DNA of 64,000 bases from Nitrosopumilus sp. (GTDB lineage Archaea > Thermoproteota > Nitrososphaeria > Nitrososphaerales > Nitrosopumilaceae). This document shows, piece after piece, positions 55,445 to 64,000 of the stretch (its first letter is position 1; each line of letters opens with the position of its first letter). The notes beneath the pieces are model-generated. The model saw only the letters and a program-made list of their open reading frames with translations. It was not told where the DNA came from and ran no database searches. Made by a program: the position numbers and the translations under genes. The stretch is taken from contig OZ244650.1 in NCBI GenBank assembly GCA_965218785.1, positions 1,600,001-1,664,000 on the forward strand. The letters are read 5' to 3'.

Positions 55445-56170
55445 CTGCAGTTGTTTTACTACGCCGAGGGGATCCTTGGCATTTAGGATGCTTCTGCCGA
55501 CAATCAGGTAGTTTGCTCCAGATGAGACTACCTTATCTGCGCTTCCACCTTGAGTGCCAACGCCGGGAGAAAAAATACCCAGTTTTTTTCCTGCCTTTTT
55601 AGAACAATACTGTATAATGTCGGGAAATGTAGCACCTACCACGATTCCATCTACCTTGGCATCCAGGGCCCAGTCAAGGAACAGCTGATATAGTCGCTGC
55701 TTTTTTCGCACTCTTACCTCCATGTCATATGATAGTCTGGCCTCAGGTGCACTCATGTGGCATAAAGTTATGACACCTCGCTCATTTTTACGGGCAGACC
55801 TTACCAATTTTTTCAAGCTGTCTAGTCCCATTATCGGATTTACAATAACTGCATCAAATCCCAAGTTCCAAAGATGGTCGGCAGTCACTTGATTGGTATT
55901 TCCAATGTCATTGAGTTTGATGTCTGCAATGGTTTGCAGGCCATATTTATGAGCCGTCTTGTTGATTTTAAGAATCTCCTTGCCACCCAGGGGGAGGAGC
56001 AGATGAAAGTTTAATTTGATTCCACAGAGAAAGGGGTGTAACTGTATAATGTTTTTGATGGTCTTTGCTTCCAAATTTTTAACGGAGAGATCATAATCAT
56101 TAGCAAGAACCACGTTTCCGCGTATTTTTGATAGTTTTTCTAATCTAGTTTTGAAGGTGACCATAATCAA
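55424..56170 (-). CDS. pyrF: Orotidine 5'-phosphate decarboxylase
   Basis: DIKLNDIGNT, SPGVGTQGG, IVGRSI. Confidence 0.92.
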   Translation of the reverse strand: MIMVTFKTRLEKLSKIRGNVVLANDYDLSVKNLEAKTIKNIIQLHPFLCGIKLNFHLLLPLGGKEILKINKTAHKYGLQTIADIKLNDIGNTNQVTADHLWNLGFDAVIVNPIMGLDSLKKLVRSARKNERGVITLCHMSAPEARLSYDMEVRVRKKQRLYQLFLDWALDAKVDGIVVGATFPDIIQYCSKKAGKKLGIFSPGVGTQGGSADKVVSSGANYLIVGRSILNAKDPLGVVKQLQLQGIGK

Positions 56171-56831
56171 CTAACGGATGCGTGTCCTTTAATTTTATTA
56201 TTTTGATGTAGGAATAACCGTGTTCTGATGGGTTTTCTACAAAAAGGGGTTCAGAACTGTTGGCCGGTGAGAACTTCATGAAGGGTTTTTTCGGATCGCT
56301 ATTTAACACCACATGGCAAAAGTAAGAGGTCCCCTCTTCATTAAAGTTCATGAAAACCCCAATAAGCCATTTATCATTGCGTGGGAATAAAAATAATGGA
56401 AAGGGAACTTCGTCAAAACCCCAAGTAAGTTTTGCAAGACTAGATATGTCTTCTAATTCAATTGGCTGGTATCTATCAAGGGTTCCATTGCCGGGTTTCA
56501 GGGTTTTTGGGAGGGATTTGATTCGAATTATAGGGGAGTAAAGTTTGCTGGCATCAGAGGTGGAATCAACAATTTGAGACTCTTCTTTTCCCCCTTTTAG
56601 CCCATAGCAGAGATAATGACCGTGGTGTTCCAAGGGAGTGTAATATACAATGGGTTTTTCTTTGAGGACATCCATCTGTACGGACAGTATTTTCTGTCCG
56701 TCATGATCATGCAAGAAAGATACGCGTGGTGCACGCTCAAGGGCACAGACGAGCCTAGAGAATTCCAGTGTTGAACTGACCTGAATATAACGCGGCAGTT
56801 TATCATTGGAGGGGTTTTTTAATTCTTCCAC
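56145..56831 (-). CDS. Conserved hypothetical protein
   Basis: 228 aa ORF between purA and pyrF. Confidence 0.7.
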   Translation of the reverse strand: MEELKNPSNDKLPRYIQVSSTLEFSRLVCALERAPRVSFLHDHDGQKILSVQMDVLKEKPIVYYTPLEHHGHYLCYGLKGGKEESQIVDSTSDASKLYSPIIRIKSLPKTLKPGNGTLDRYQPIELEDISSLAKLTWGFDEVPFPLFLFPRNDKWLIGVFMNFNEEGTSYFCHVVLNSDPKKPFMKFSPANSSEPLFVENPSEHGYSYIKIIKLKDTHPLVDYGHLQN

Positions 56832-56879
56832 AGGATTGCTTGTAGGATATCAAATTAAACTTATCCAAAAATTTGGAGC

Positions 56880-57881
56880 CTAGCTTCTTTTATCAACAAC
56901 ATCCCGGATATCCGGACCAGTTCCAATAATTGTCACAGGCGTGTCTAATTTGACCTCGATGTTTTTTATGAATGCTTTTGCATCATCGGTTAGCTCATCA
57001 AAAGAGGTTTTGCCTGCACACTCTGGAAAAAGAACGTCTAATTTTGTTATGGAGATTTGTGTCGCACCATTAAGCATGATTGCGCGTCGTGCCAGATCAA
57101 AATCAAAGTCAGCTGCACGCCTCTGGCGTCCGGTTACGGTGCCAAATTCGGACCATCCTTTTTTTTCAGCCTCGTCAACTGAAAGTTCATTCTCAAGGGG
57201 GCCGGTACCAACACGCGTGACATATGATTTGAAGACAACAATTACTTCATCGACCTTGGTAGGACCTAGGCCGACATCGGCGCATATTCCAGATGCAGTC
57301 ACATCCTTTGAGGTTACAAACGGATATGTACCATGCCACAATGAAAGAAAGGTTCCCTGCGTACCCTCGACTAGGACATTTTCATTTGCACAAAGGGCGG
57401 AATTTATCTCCGCTGGGACATCTGTGACAAGTGAGGACAGCGAATCAATGTCTTTTGCCAGTTTTAAAATCCTCATGGCCCTATCAGCATTAGCAGGACC
57501 CGTACCAGAACCGGTGCTTCCGATTTTTTCTTTTAATTCTCCCTGAGAGTCACGTATCAGATGGGTTTTCTCAATAATGCCACAGTGTCTATCAACAAAT
57601 GAACGTCCCGACACGTTAAAATCCCGGATTTCTTTTTGTAGTACTTCAGGATTAATGACGACTCCTGGACCGATCATTATTTTGGCATTCTTGTTAAGAA
57701 ACCCACTTGGAAGCATACGAACCTTGTAAACCCTGTCGCCGTCCCTGATTGTATGACCTGCATTTGGACCAGCTCCGCCACGTACGATGATTTTTGGATT
57801 GTCTTTTATTGCCAAATAAGAGATGATCTTTCCTTTGCCTTCATCTCCAAAAAATCCGCCTACAACTACAGTGGATGTCAT
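56880..57881 (-). CDS. purA: Adenylosuccinate synthetase
   Basis: GDEGKGK, NAGHT, EGTQG, GTVTGRQRR. Confidence 0.95.
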   Translation of the reverse strand: MTSTVVVGGFFGDEGKGKIISYLAIKDNPKIIVRGGAGPNAGHTIRDGDRVYKVRMLPSGFLNKNAKIMIGPGVVINPEVLQKEIRDFNVSGRSFVDRHCGIIEKTHLIRDSQGELKEKIGSTGSGTGPANADRAMRILKLAKDIDSLSSLVTDVPAEINSALCANENVLVEGTQGTFLSLWHGTYPFVTSKDVTASGICADVGLGPTKVDEVIVVFKSYVTRVGTGPLENELSVDEAEKKGWSEFGTVTGRQRRAADFDFDLARRAIMLNGATQISITKLDVLFPECAGKTSFDELTDDAKAFIKNIEVKLDTPVTIIGTGPDIRDVVDKRS

Positions 57882-57959
57882 GCTGTTGGGGCTTTATTTC
57901 GTTTATTTAAGCTAAGTATCCATATATGATTTTTATCCAGCAGTAATTCTTTTAGAGAT

Positions 57960-58421
57960 ATGGTCGAAGAAAATTTTGCCGGAAATATCATAATCAATTT
58001 GGCCAGTCTTCCAGATTTTCTCAGAAATCCTATTTTGAAAAAAAGAATGGTGGAATTTTTTTCACTCTCAGAACCAGAAAAAGTGGAGATCATCAACAAT
58101 GCATTAGAGGCAGGGCCGACTATTCCGTTTCCGAACTTTGCCAAACTGTTTAAAACATGGCTTAAAATTTTGGCGACCCTTTTAGAAGATCAAAGGGATG
58201 GGTTATTTTCAGCATATATTAACGAGGTATCGCAATATCCACAAAAATTAATTACGTTCAATCTAGATGGAATTCTTGAGATCTTTTTAACATTAGACGA
58301 AAATGAAAAGGAAGTACTTGGCAGCAGCATTAAAAAAGTCATAGGCAATCTTGATGAAGAGAAAAGAAGAAGGATTATGTTAGTGATACCAGATAATGCC
58401 AAACAGCACTTGAAAATTTAG
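57960..58421 (+). CDS. Conserved hypothetical protein
   Basis: 153 aa helical ORF. Confidence 0.7.
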   Translation: MVEENFAGNIIINLASLPDFLRNPILKKRMVEFFSLSEPEKVEIINNALEAGPTIPFPNFAKLFKTWLKILATLLEDQRDGLFSAYINEVSQYPQKLITFNLDGILEIFLTLDENEKEVLGSSIKKVIGNLDEEKRRRIMLVIPDNAKQHLKI

Positions 58422-58714
58422 GCACCAGCCGCAGGCTCGTCAGGCTTTCTATTGTCTTCATTGGTATAATCAATTATCTCCCCTTCAGGAGACAGTACTC
58501 CAACGAAGATTTTTTCATGTTTTTTCAATAATTTTCTATGATCAGACATGGACATGTCAAGTTTCATTTCATTCATTACCATCACTTGGTATTCCTTCCA
58601 TTCTGCCCAGCATTTGTTACATGTGGGATATTTTTCAGCGACAATGCCAAGTGTCTCATTATCTGGAATGGGGTTCTTACATTTTGTGCAGGTTCGACTC
58701 ATAGAAATTAGCAA
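58418..58714 (-). CDS. Fe(II)-trafficking YggX-like protein
   Basis: CWAEWKEYQVMVMNEMKLDM. Confidence 0.8.
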   Translation of the reverse strand: MLISMSRTCTKCKNPIPDNETLGIVAEKYPTCNKCWAEWKEYQVMVMNEMKLDMSMSDHRKLLKKHEKIFVGVLSPEGEIIDYTNEDNRKPDEPAAGA

Positions 58715-58831
58715 TAATAAACTCCTTTTATCTTTTTTTGAACATTATACAGCAAAATACCGTATCATTCAGAATATACAACAAATATTCACGTCAATAA
58801 CGTCTAAAATCAAAGCTGATTGAATTTCTAA

Positions 58832-59359
58832 TTATGGTTTGTATGGTTTTACTATCTTCATGTTATACCCTTCTGATTATAATTATCTAGTTTCAACACA
58901 CCTTTGTCTTCGGTAAAAAACTTCTCACATCTTAGATTAGAAGCGACCATCAAATGGATGAAATCCATTGATCCAGGCAATTTCTTGCCGTAAAAGTCAA
59001 TCAAACTTGAGCCGGGTACATGTTCTACAAAATTAATCAAGGTTTTAGGATCAATCTTATCAAACTCTTTGTCTGGAAATTCTGTGTTTGGAAATGAAAG
59101 CATGGTTTCTTTTATTGTATTGTGTATTGCTGACACTTCATCCATTGCTTTGCGTGCCTCATCAAAATCATTTATTTTTTCTATCACCAAACTCAGAACA
59201 TGGTAGATTTCCAATTGTTGTTTGAGAAACAATCAATCTGAATTCGCCTGATTTTACTTTGTTAAACATATGGTTTGTTTCTGGTCTAATTGTGAAAGGA
59301 TCTTGAAATTTATTTAGATACAGCATTGTATCAAAATAAACTCTAACCGCGTCTGTCAT
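58832..59359 (-). pseudogene. PIN-domain (VapC-like) ribonuclease, frameshifted at ~59215 and probably ~58870
   Basis: VYFDT...IVSQTT / LEI...DFIHLMVASNLRCEKFFTED / GYNMKIVKP across three frames. Confidence 0.75.
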
Positions 59360-60050
59360 CTTTTAAGAGTTCTTCAAAATTAAAATTTTTGAGAATTGAC
59401 GTTTTTTTGGCAATAAGTCCTGATGATTCATCAATGATATTTGGAAGTATCATGGGAAGTTCGTTTAATCCCAAGGATTTCATCATATTCAATCGCACAT
59501 CCAAGTCATTGAATGATGGAGACAATGGTTTAACATCACTGCTAACAGGCTTCATCCCAACTTTATCATCAAAATTTTCTTCAAATTCTGGACTTAATCT
59601 GGAATATAATTCGGTAATTTTCTTATTTACTTTCGGTTTGATTTCACTGTTTATCGTAGTCTCTGGAAATAAATCATATGAGACTGCAACAACTTCATCT
59701 GCCGCATATTGATTTAATGTTTGAACCAATGTTTCAATTTTTGGGCTCATCTCCAAGATAGATTCATTTTCAAATGCATGACTTTTATTCACAAGAGACA
59801 GATCATCTCTTTTTGAAAATATTGATTTGTTTATATTGAGAATTCCTTGGTTTTTCATATTTTGCAATAATGGTTCCAAACCTACAACATTGACTCCAAA
59901 ATGATCAGGTTTGAATCTGAATGGGGATTCTTTTTGATTTTTTTCAAATAATTTGCATACAAGATGAAGTATTTTTACAAATTTGGTTTTACCTCGGATG
60001 ACATCTATGGAGGATAGAATTTTTAAAACTAATTCTTCTTGCTGATTCAT
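59343..60050 (-). CDS. Putative Panacea/SocA-like antitoxin with C-terminal extension
   Basis: IRGKTKFVKILHL...FRFKPDHFG...YDLFPE; overlaps PIN gene start. Confidence 0.65.
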   Translation of the reverse strand: MNQQEELVLKILSSIDVIRGKTKFVKILHLVCKLFEKNQKESPFRFKPDHFGVNVVGLEPLLQNMKNQGILNINKSIFSKRDDLSLVNKSHAFENESILEMSPKIETLVQTLNQYAADEVVAVSYDLFPETTINSEIKPKVNKKITELYSRLSPEFEENFDDKVGMKPVSSDVKPLSPSFNDLDVRLNMMKSLGLNELPMILPNIIDESSGLIAKKTSILKNFNFEELLKDDRRG

Positions 60051-60153
60051 CTTGTATTTCCTCCAGTCATTGTGCTCACATGATAATCAAAAAATATGAC
60101 GCTTTTTGGCATTCATATGAGCACAAGATATAATTATTTAAACCACGCGAATC
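60006..60153 (-). repeat. Source copy of the 148 bp duplication (promoter with TTTAAATA box, GGAGG SD, start of gene)
   Basis: Reverse complement matches 25859-26006. Confidence 0.9.
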
Positions 60154-60328
60154 ATCGTTTTGCAGTTTTCTTAATATCTGATCTTATTGGTGATTTTTAG
60201 ATTGGACTTGTGCATGATAGTTTATTCAAGAACAGAAAAATCATCATTATGTTAGAAAAGTCATCAAAAATACAATTAAAAATTCAATTATGCATAGACT
60301 ATAATAATTATTATGAGTAGAATTTTTC

Positions 60329-60538
60329 ATGAAGATAAAATGCCCAAAATGCAAAAAGAATGCAGAATTGGCAATGGATTTTTCCTTGGTAAAATGTGGT
60401 TCTTGTGATTTGGAGATGAGTTATGGGGAATATGTAAAATTTGTGGCACATAACGAGGCCAAATATTCAGATATTCTTGGGGATTATGCAGGCAGTACAG
60501 AGGGTCAATCTTCAGGTTCCTTGGATGAATGGGATTAA
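60329..60538 (+). CDS. Small zinc-ribbon protein
   Basis: CPKC...CGSC. Confidence 0.75.
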   Translation: MKIKCPKCKKNAELAMDFSLVKCGSCDLEMSYGEYVKFVAHNEAKYSDILGDYAGSTEGQSSGSLDEWD

Positions 60539-60598
60539 CAACATGGTAAAAACATTCAGCAGATTAAAATAATTAGCTTGACAGATTTCTAAACATCA

Positions 60599-61234
60599 TT
60601 GGAATTTTTATTAGAAAACATACTTAATCTCATAGGATTTTTGGTGGGACTTGTCATAGGAATAATGTCAATTATCGGATATAGGAATACGGGAAGCCCC
60701 ACGTTATTTAGATTGTCAATTGCGTTTTTTTCAATAAGCTTGGGATTCTTTGTGATATGGGCAGGATACATAGCAGAAGACTTTGTTTTAAAATCAGGAA
60801 ACATAGAAAGATGGGTTCAAACTTTGGGAATTGGAATTCAGACAGTCGGATATTTTTTCATTGCATTTTCACACAGCATAAAATCATTTTTCCCAAAATC
60901 AAGATACTTTAGATCGATTGGGATTTTTCCATTATTCCTGGTTTCGTCTGTTCAGTTGGAACATATATTCAGATCAGTTTCATTTGTTTTGCTAGCATAC
61001 GGCGCAGTTGAAACGGTGTTGTCTTGTTTTGAAAATAAAAACAGGGGCGCAATTTCAGTAGCTGTGGGATTAGGTTTGCTGGCATTTGGGGAATTCTTGG
61101 GATGGTATTCATTTTTGTTCCCAGAATCAATCCTATACCCTGCATCAATGACAATCAAGATTGGAGGACTAGTTGCACTGTTCATTCCTGTAAGTAAGAT
61201 ACCATTGACTAGGATAAAATTTGATGAAGAGTGA
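60599..61234 (+). CDS. Multi-pass membrane protein
   Basis: ~7 hydrophobic segments. Confidence 0.75.
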   Translation: MEFLLENILNLIGFLVGLVIGIMSIIGYRNTGSPTLFRLSIAFFSISLGFFVIWAGYIAEDFVLKSGNIERWVQTLGIGIQTVGYFFIAFSHSIKSFFPKSRYFRSIGIFPLFLVSSVQLEHIFRSVSFVLLAYGAVETVLSCFENKNRGAISVAVGLGLLAFGEFLGWYSFLFPESILYPASMTIKIGGLVALFIPVSKIPLTRIKFDEE

Positions 61235-61361
61235 TTAAAATGATTTCAACTAGGCTCAAAATTCATAGTAAATAATGTTGTCAATTTCTTTTATCTTTTT
61301 AGTATATTGGAAAATATCATTGTCCTATCATAGAAATTAAAACTATAATCAGATAGAGAAA

Positions 61362-61649
61362 ATGGCAGAATATAGAACCCATATGAAAATTATTGGCGAC
61401 ATTCTAGCGACAACCCGAGATGATCTGCAAGATGAGGATGGGGCATCAGTCACTTATCTGATTAGAAAAGCAAACATCTCCCATTCTAGAATTTCAAGAA
61501 TTCTAAAAACGCTAGTATCACAAGGACTCTTAGAACAGATAGACACTCGGGGTTCAAATAAATACAAAATCAGTCAATCAGGTCGGGAATTTCTTCAGGC
61601 CTACTATACGTTTACAAACTTTGCAGATAGCTTTGGATTGAGCATCTAG
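61362..61649 (+). CDS. Winged-helix DNA-binding protein
   Basis: YRTHMKIIGDIL, TYLIRKANIS, YKISQSGREFL. Confidence 0.85.
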   Translation: MAEYRTHMKIIGDILATTRDDLQDEDGASVTYLIRKANISHSRISRILKTLVSQGLLEQIDTRGSNKYKISQSGREFLQAYYTFTNFADSFGLSI

Positions 61650-61726
61650 TCATCTGTTTCTTCAAATTCATCTTCAAAATCATCTTCAAAATCCCTATTT
61701 TCATGATCAACTGATGATTCAAACAT
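61646..61726 (-). CDS. Possible 26 aa acidic micro-protein MFESSVDHENRDFEDDFEDEFEETDD
   Basis: ATG..TAG ORF, stop overlaps convergent gene, AT-rich upstream. Confidence 0.4.
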   Translation of the reverse strand: MFESSVDHENRDFEDDFEDEFEETDD

Positions 61727-61805
61727 ACATTACAAATGAAAATTCATTATTATTAAAAATTTATTCAAAAGTAAATGATAATAAAACAAAAAAAGAGCAG
61801 AATAA

Positions 61806-62405
61806 ATGTTGAAAGTAAGTTGTAATGCGGATGGGATTGAAAAGGCATCTCAAATTATCCACAAAGGAGGAGTCATAGTCTTTCCAACAGACACGGTATA
61901 TGGAATAGGATGTGATCCGTATAACAAGGATTCAGTAAAAAAAATCTATGAAATCAAATCCAGGGACGTATCAAAACCATTACCGGTTCTTGCATATTCA
62001 AAAGCGGTTGCAGAAAGAATTGTTATTTTTGATGAGCTTTCTGGGAAACTTGCAGAGAAATTTTGGCCCGGAGCATTGACGATTATTTTGAAATTAAAAG
62101 ATCAAAATCTAAGGGAATCATTAAACTTGACTGATAAAATTGCCATAAGAGTTCCCAATCATAATTGCACATTAGAATTGCTGAAAAAATGCAATTTCCT
62201 AGTGGGCACTAGTGCAAATATTTCAGGACAGATGCCATTTACAAATCCTGATGAGCACTTGAGTGATCTTCAGAAATATGATGTTTTTATTGATGGCGGC
62301 ATAATTGCAAGCAATGCAGAATCAACCATAATTGAAATAGAGGATGGAAAAATCAGAATCATCCGAGAAGGTTCGTTGGATAGGGAGGAGATTTTAGGAA
62401 AATGA
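61806..62405 (+). CDS. sua5: Threonylcarbamoyl-AMP synthase (TsaC/Sua5 YrdC domain)
   Basis: FPTDTVYGIG, KSRDVSKP, WPGALT, TSANISG. Confidence 0.92.
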   Translation: MLKVSCNADGIEKASQIIHKGGVIVFPTDTVYGIGCDPYNKDSVKKIYEIKSRDVSKPLPVLAYSKAVAERIVIFDELSGKLAEKFWPGALTIILKLKDQNLRESLNLTDKIAIRVPNHNCTLELLKKCNFLVGTSANISGQMPFTNPDEHLSDLQKYDVFIDGGIIASNAESTIIEIEDGKIRIIREGSLDREEILGK

Positions 62406-62923
62406 ATTTGATCATTACCTGTGCCAGACATCTTGAACCTGAAACTGAAGAAGAGATAAGAGGAATCCTAGGGAAGTTCGGGGATTCTGATGTAAAAATC
62501 TCAATAACAGAAATGTCGGGGATTTTAACTGCTAAAACAAATCTTGATCCAGTTGAAGTTATAAAAAAAATTAAAGAAATGATTCTTGATGAGCCTTGGA
62601 GCGTAAGATATTGTCTAAGAATAATACCAATTCAAAGAATCATTGAAACAAAAATCGAAGAGATGGAAAATACAGTCATGGACATATCCAAACAAATTTC
62701 AGAGGATGAAACATACCGGATATCCATAGAAAAAAGAAACTCGAATTTATCCAGTCAGGAGATTATCTCAAAAATAGCAAACAGGTTAAAAAACAAGGTT
62801 TCACTTGAATTTCCTGACAAGATTATCCTAATTGAGATATTAGGCAAGAAGACAGGGGTTTCAATATTGAAAAAATCAGATGTGCTAAGTATTGAAAAAA
62901 CCAAACGGAGTATCTCAGAATAG
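62402..62923 (+). CDS. THUMP-domain protein
   Basis: LRIIPIQ, YRISIEKR, KVSLEFPDKIILIEI. Confidence 0.85.
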   Translation: MNLIITCARHLEPETEEEIRGILGKFGDSDVKISITEMSGILTAKTNLDPVEVIKKIKEMILDEPWSVRYCLRIIPIQRIIETKIEEMENTVMDISKQISEDETYRISIEKRNSNLSSQEIISKIANRLKNKVSLEFPDKIILIEILGKKTGVSILKKSDVLSIEKTKRSISE

Positions 62924-63688
62924 GATTGCGGCCTTTTCTATCAAAATATCTTCTAATGGATGAAGGGAGTAGGTTGAATCAAGTTGTTTTTTTGTAATTT
63001 TAAAGTATTTTTTAAGAAATAGATCATTATTTTTTGAGAACAGATTTACGGATTGTGGCAGTAATTCCAGATATAACGAATTCAGTGATTTTTTATTTCC
63101 AATGGCAATCAAGATAAAATTGGTTTTCGGTTTAATTCCAACATTTTTTATTGCGTCGGAAATTTGCCTGATCAAGGCAAAACGCATCAGGATGTCAGTT
63201 TCAAGCTTTTTGGAAAGTAGAATATTGTTTTTTTCGGATTCCAAAGACATGGATATGATTTTTTTCAGATGGTAGTTATTTAAAATAAAGTTGCTAGATA
63301 TTGCCTGAAGCTTGATTCTCGGATATCTTTTTCTTAAATCATCAAGGAATTTTATATCAATTGTTTTTTGGCCTGTAATTTCAAGTATCTGGATTTGTCT
63401 TTTTGATACCTGTAAAGTCAGTTTTTTAGTCGAACCGCCATGAATTACAGGGATGATGCTTACTAGATCATTATTTTTTATTTTGGTGGATTTTCCGTCC
63501 ATGGCAGAAGAATCTATCCCATTTATTGCAATCAATATATTTTCTATGTCCAGTTCAGGAGTATCAATGGGTTTTAATTCCAATAACAGATCAAATAATT
63601 CCTGAATTGATATGTCAGATCGATCAATTTCCAAGCGATCTGTTGAAAAAGATTTTTTTGCGCCACCAACAAGTTTTACGGTAATCAT
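62915..63688 (-). CDS. ThiS/MoaD-like ubiquitin-fold domain fused to KEOPS Cgi121
   Basis: DLVSIIPVIHGG internal diglycine then LETDILMRFALIRQISDAIKNVG. Confidence 0.8.
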   Translation of the reverse strand: MITVKLVGGAKKSFSTDRLEIDRSDISIQELFDLLLELKPIDTPELDIENILIAINGIDSSAMDGKSTKIKNNDLVSIIPVIHGGSTKKLTLQVSKRQIQILEITGQKTIDIKFLDDLRKRYPRIKLQAISSNFILNNYHLKKIISMSLESEKNNILLSKKLETDILMRFALIRQISDAIKNVGIKPKTNFILIAIGNKKSLNSLYLELLPQSVNLFSKNNDLFLKKYFKITKKQLDSTYSLHPLEDILIEKAAILF

Positions 63689-63729
63689 GATAATCTAATT
63701 TGAAAGTTGGAAAATTAATGTATTATCAA

Positions 63730-64000
63730 TTATTCAGTCTTTTCTTCTGTGGCTTTGGTTGCTTGGTCTAGAGTAGTTTCTACATCTTTGGCAGTCTCTT
63801 CAGATGTAGTATCTGATTCAGAATTTGGAACCTCAAGCGGAGCTGCTGCATCCTCACCTTGGGCAGTCTTTTCAGATGTAGTTGATTCAGAATTTGGAAC
63901 CTCAAGCGGAGCTGCTGCATCCTCACCTTGGGCAGTCTTTTCAGATGTAGTTGATTCAGAATTTGGAACCTCAAGCGGAGCCGTCGTATACTCACCTTGG
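63730..64000 (-). CDS. 3' end of a gene with acidic repeat tail (partial, continues beyond window)
   Basis: Open frame QGEDAAAPLEVPNSESTTSEKTA x3 ...TEEKTE* ending TAA at 63730-63732. Confidence 0.7.
   Translation of the reverse strand, partial: QGEYTTAPLEVPNSESTTSEKTAQGEDAAAPLEVPNSESTTSEKTAQGEDAAAPLEVPNSESDTTSEETAKDVETTLDQATKATEEKTE
63788..64000 (-). repeat. 69 bp tandem repeat, at least 3 copies
   Basis: ttcagaatttggaacctcaagcggagc...cttgggcagtcttttcagatgtagt repeated. Confidence 0.92.

Noticed and set aside
63780-63995. Track ORF MSIRRLRLRFQ...
   Set aside because: Alternative frame of the repeat; the acidic frame ending at 63730 is more protein-like.
63788-64000. Possible CRISPR array
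   Set aside because: Units are contiguous 69 bp repeats without unique spacers and preserve a reading frame; no cas genes.

Overview
AT-rich segment of a Nitrosopumilus-like ammonia-oxidising archaeon (Nitrososphaerota/Thaumarchaeota). Diagnostic genes include eukaryote-like topoisomerase IB, topo VI A/B, the 3-hydroxypropionate/4-hydroxybutyrate cycle pair (ADP-forming 3HP-CoA synthetase, 3HP-CoA dehydratase), a Kazal-cupredoxin, a Ubl-Cgi121 fusion and an intron-containing tRNA-Met. A conserved housekeeping backbone is interrupted by several small accessory patches (about 5.1-6.6, 8.9-12.8, 19.4-21, 25.5-27.2, 32.5-40.8, 44.2-46.4 and 58.8-60.2 kb) rich in pseudogene relics. The most unusual signal is non-coding. 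Three accessory patches are each bracketed by their own pair of 60-110 bp imperfect direct repeats, one with a palindromic arm/spacer core. A separate ~75 bp hairpin element sits directly after the stop codon of two unrelated accessory genes, and a 148 bp promoter plus 5' end of a TA-like operon is duplicated into one of the patches. No integrase or intact transposase is present in the window. Cargo includes a DUF5678 + retropepsin-like protease pair, a Panacea-like/PIN pair, an orphan ParB-like protein and a MoxR-vWA operon. All family calls are by motif recognition, not database search.
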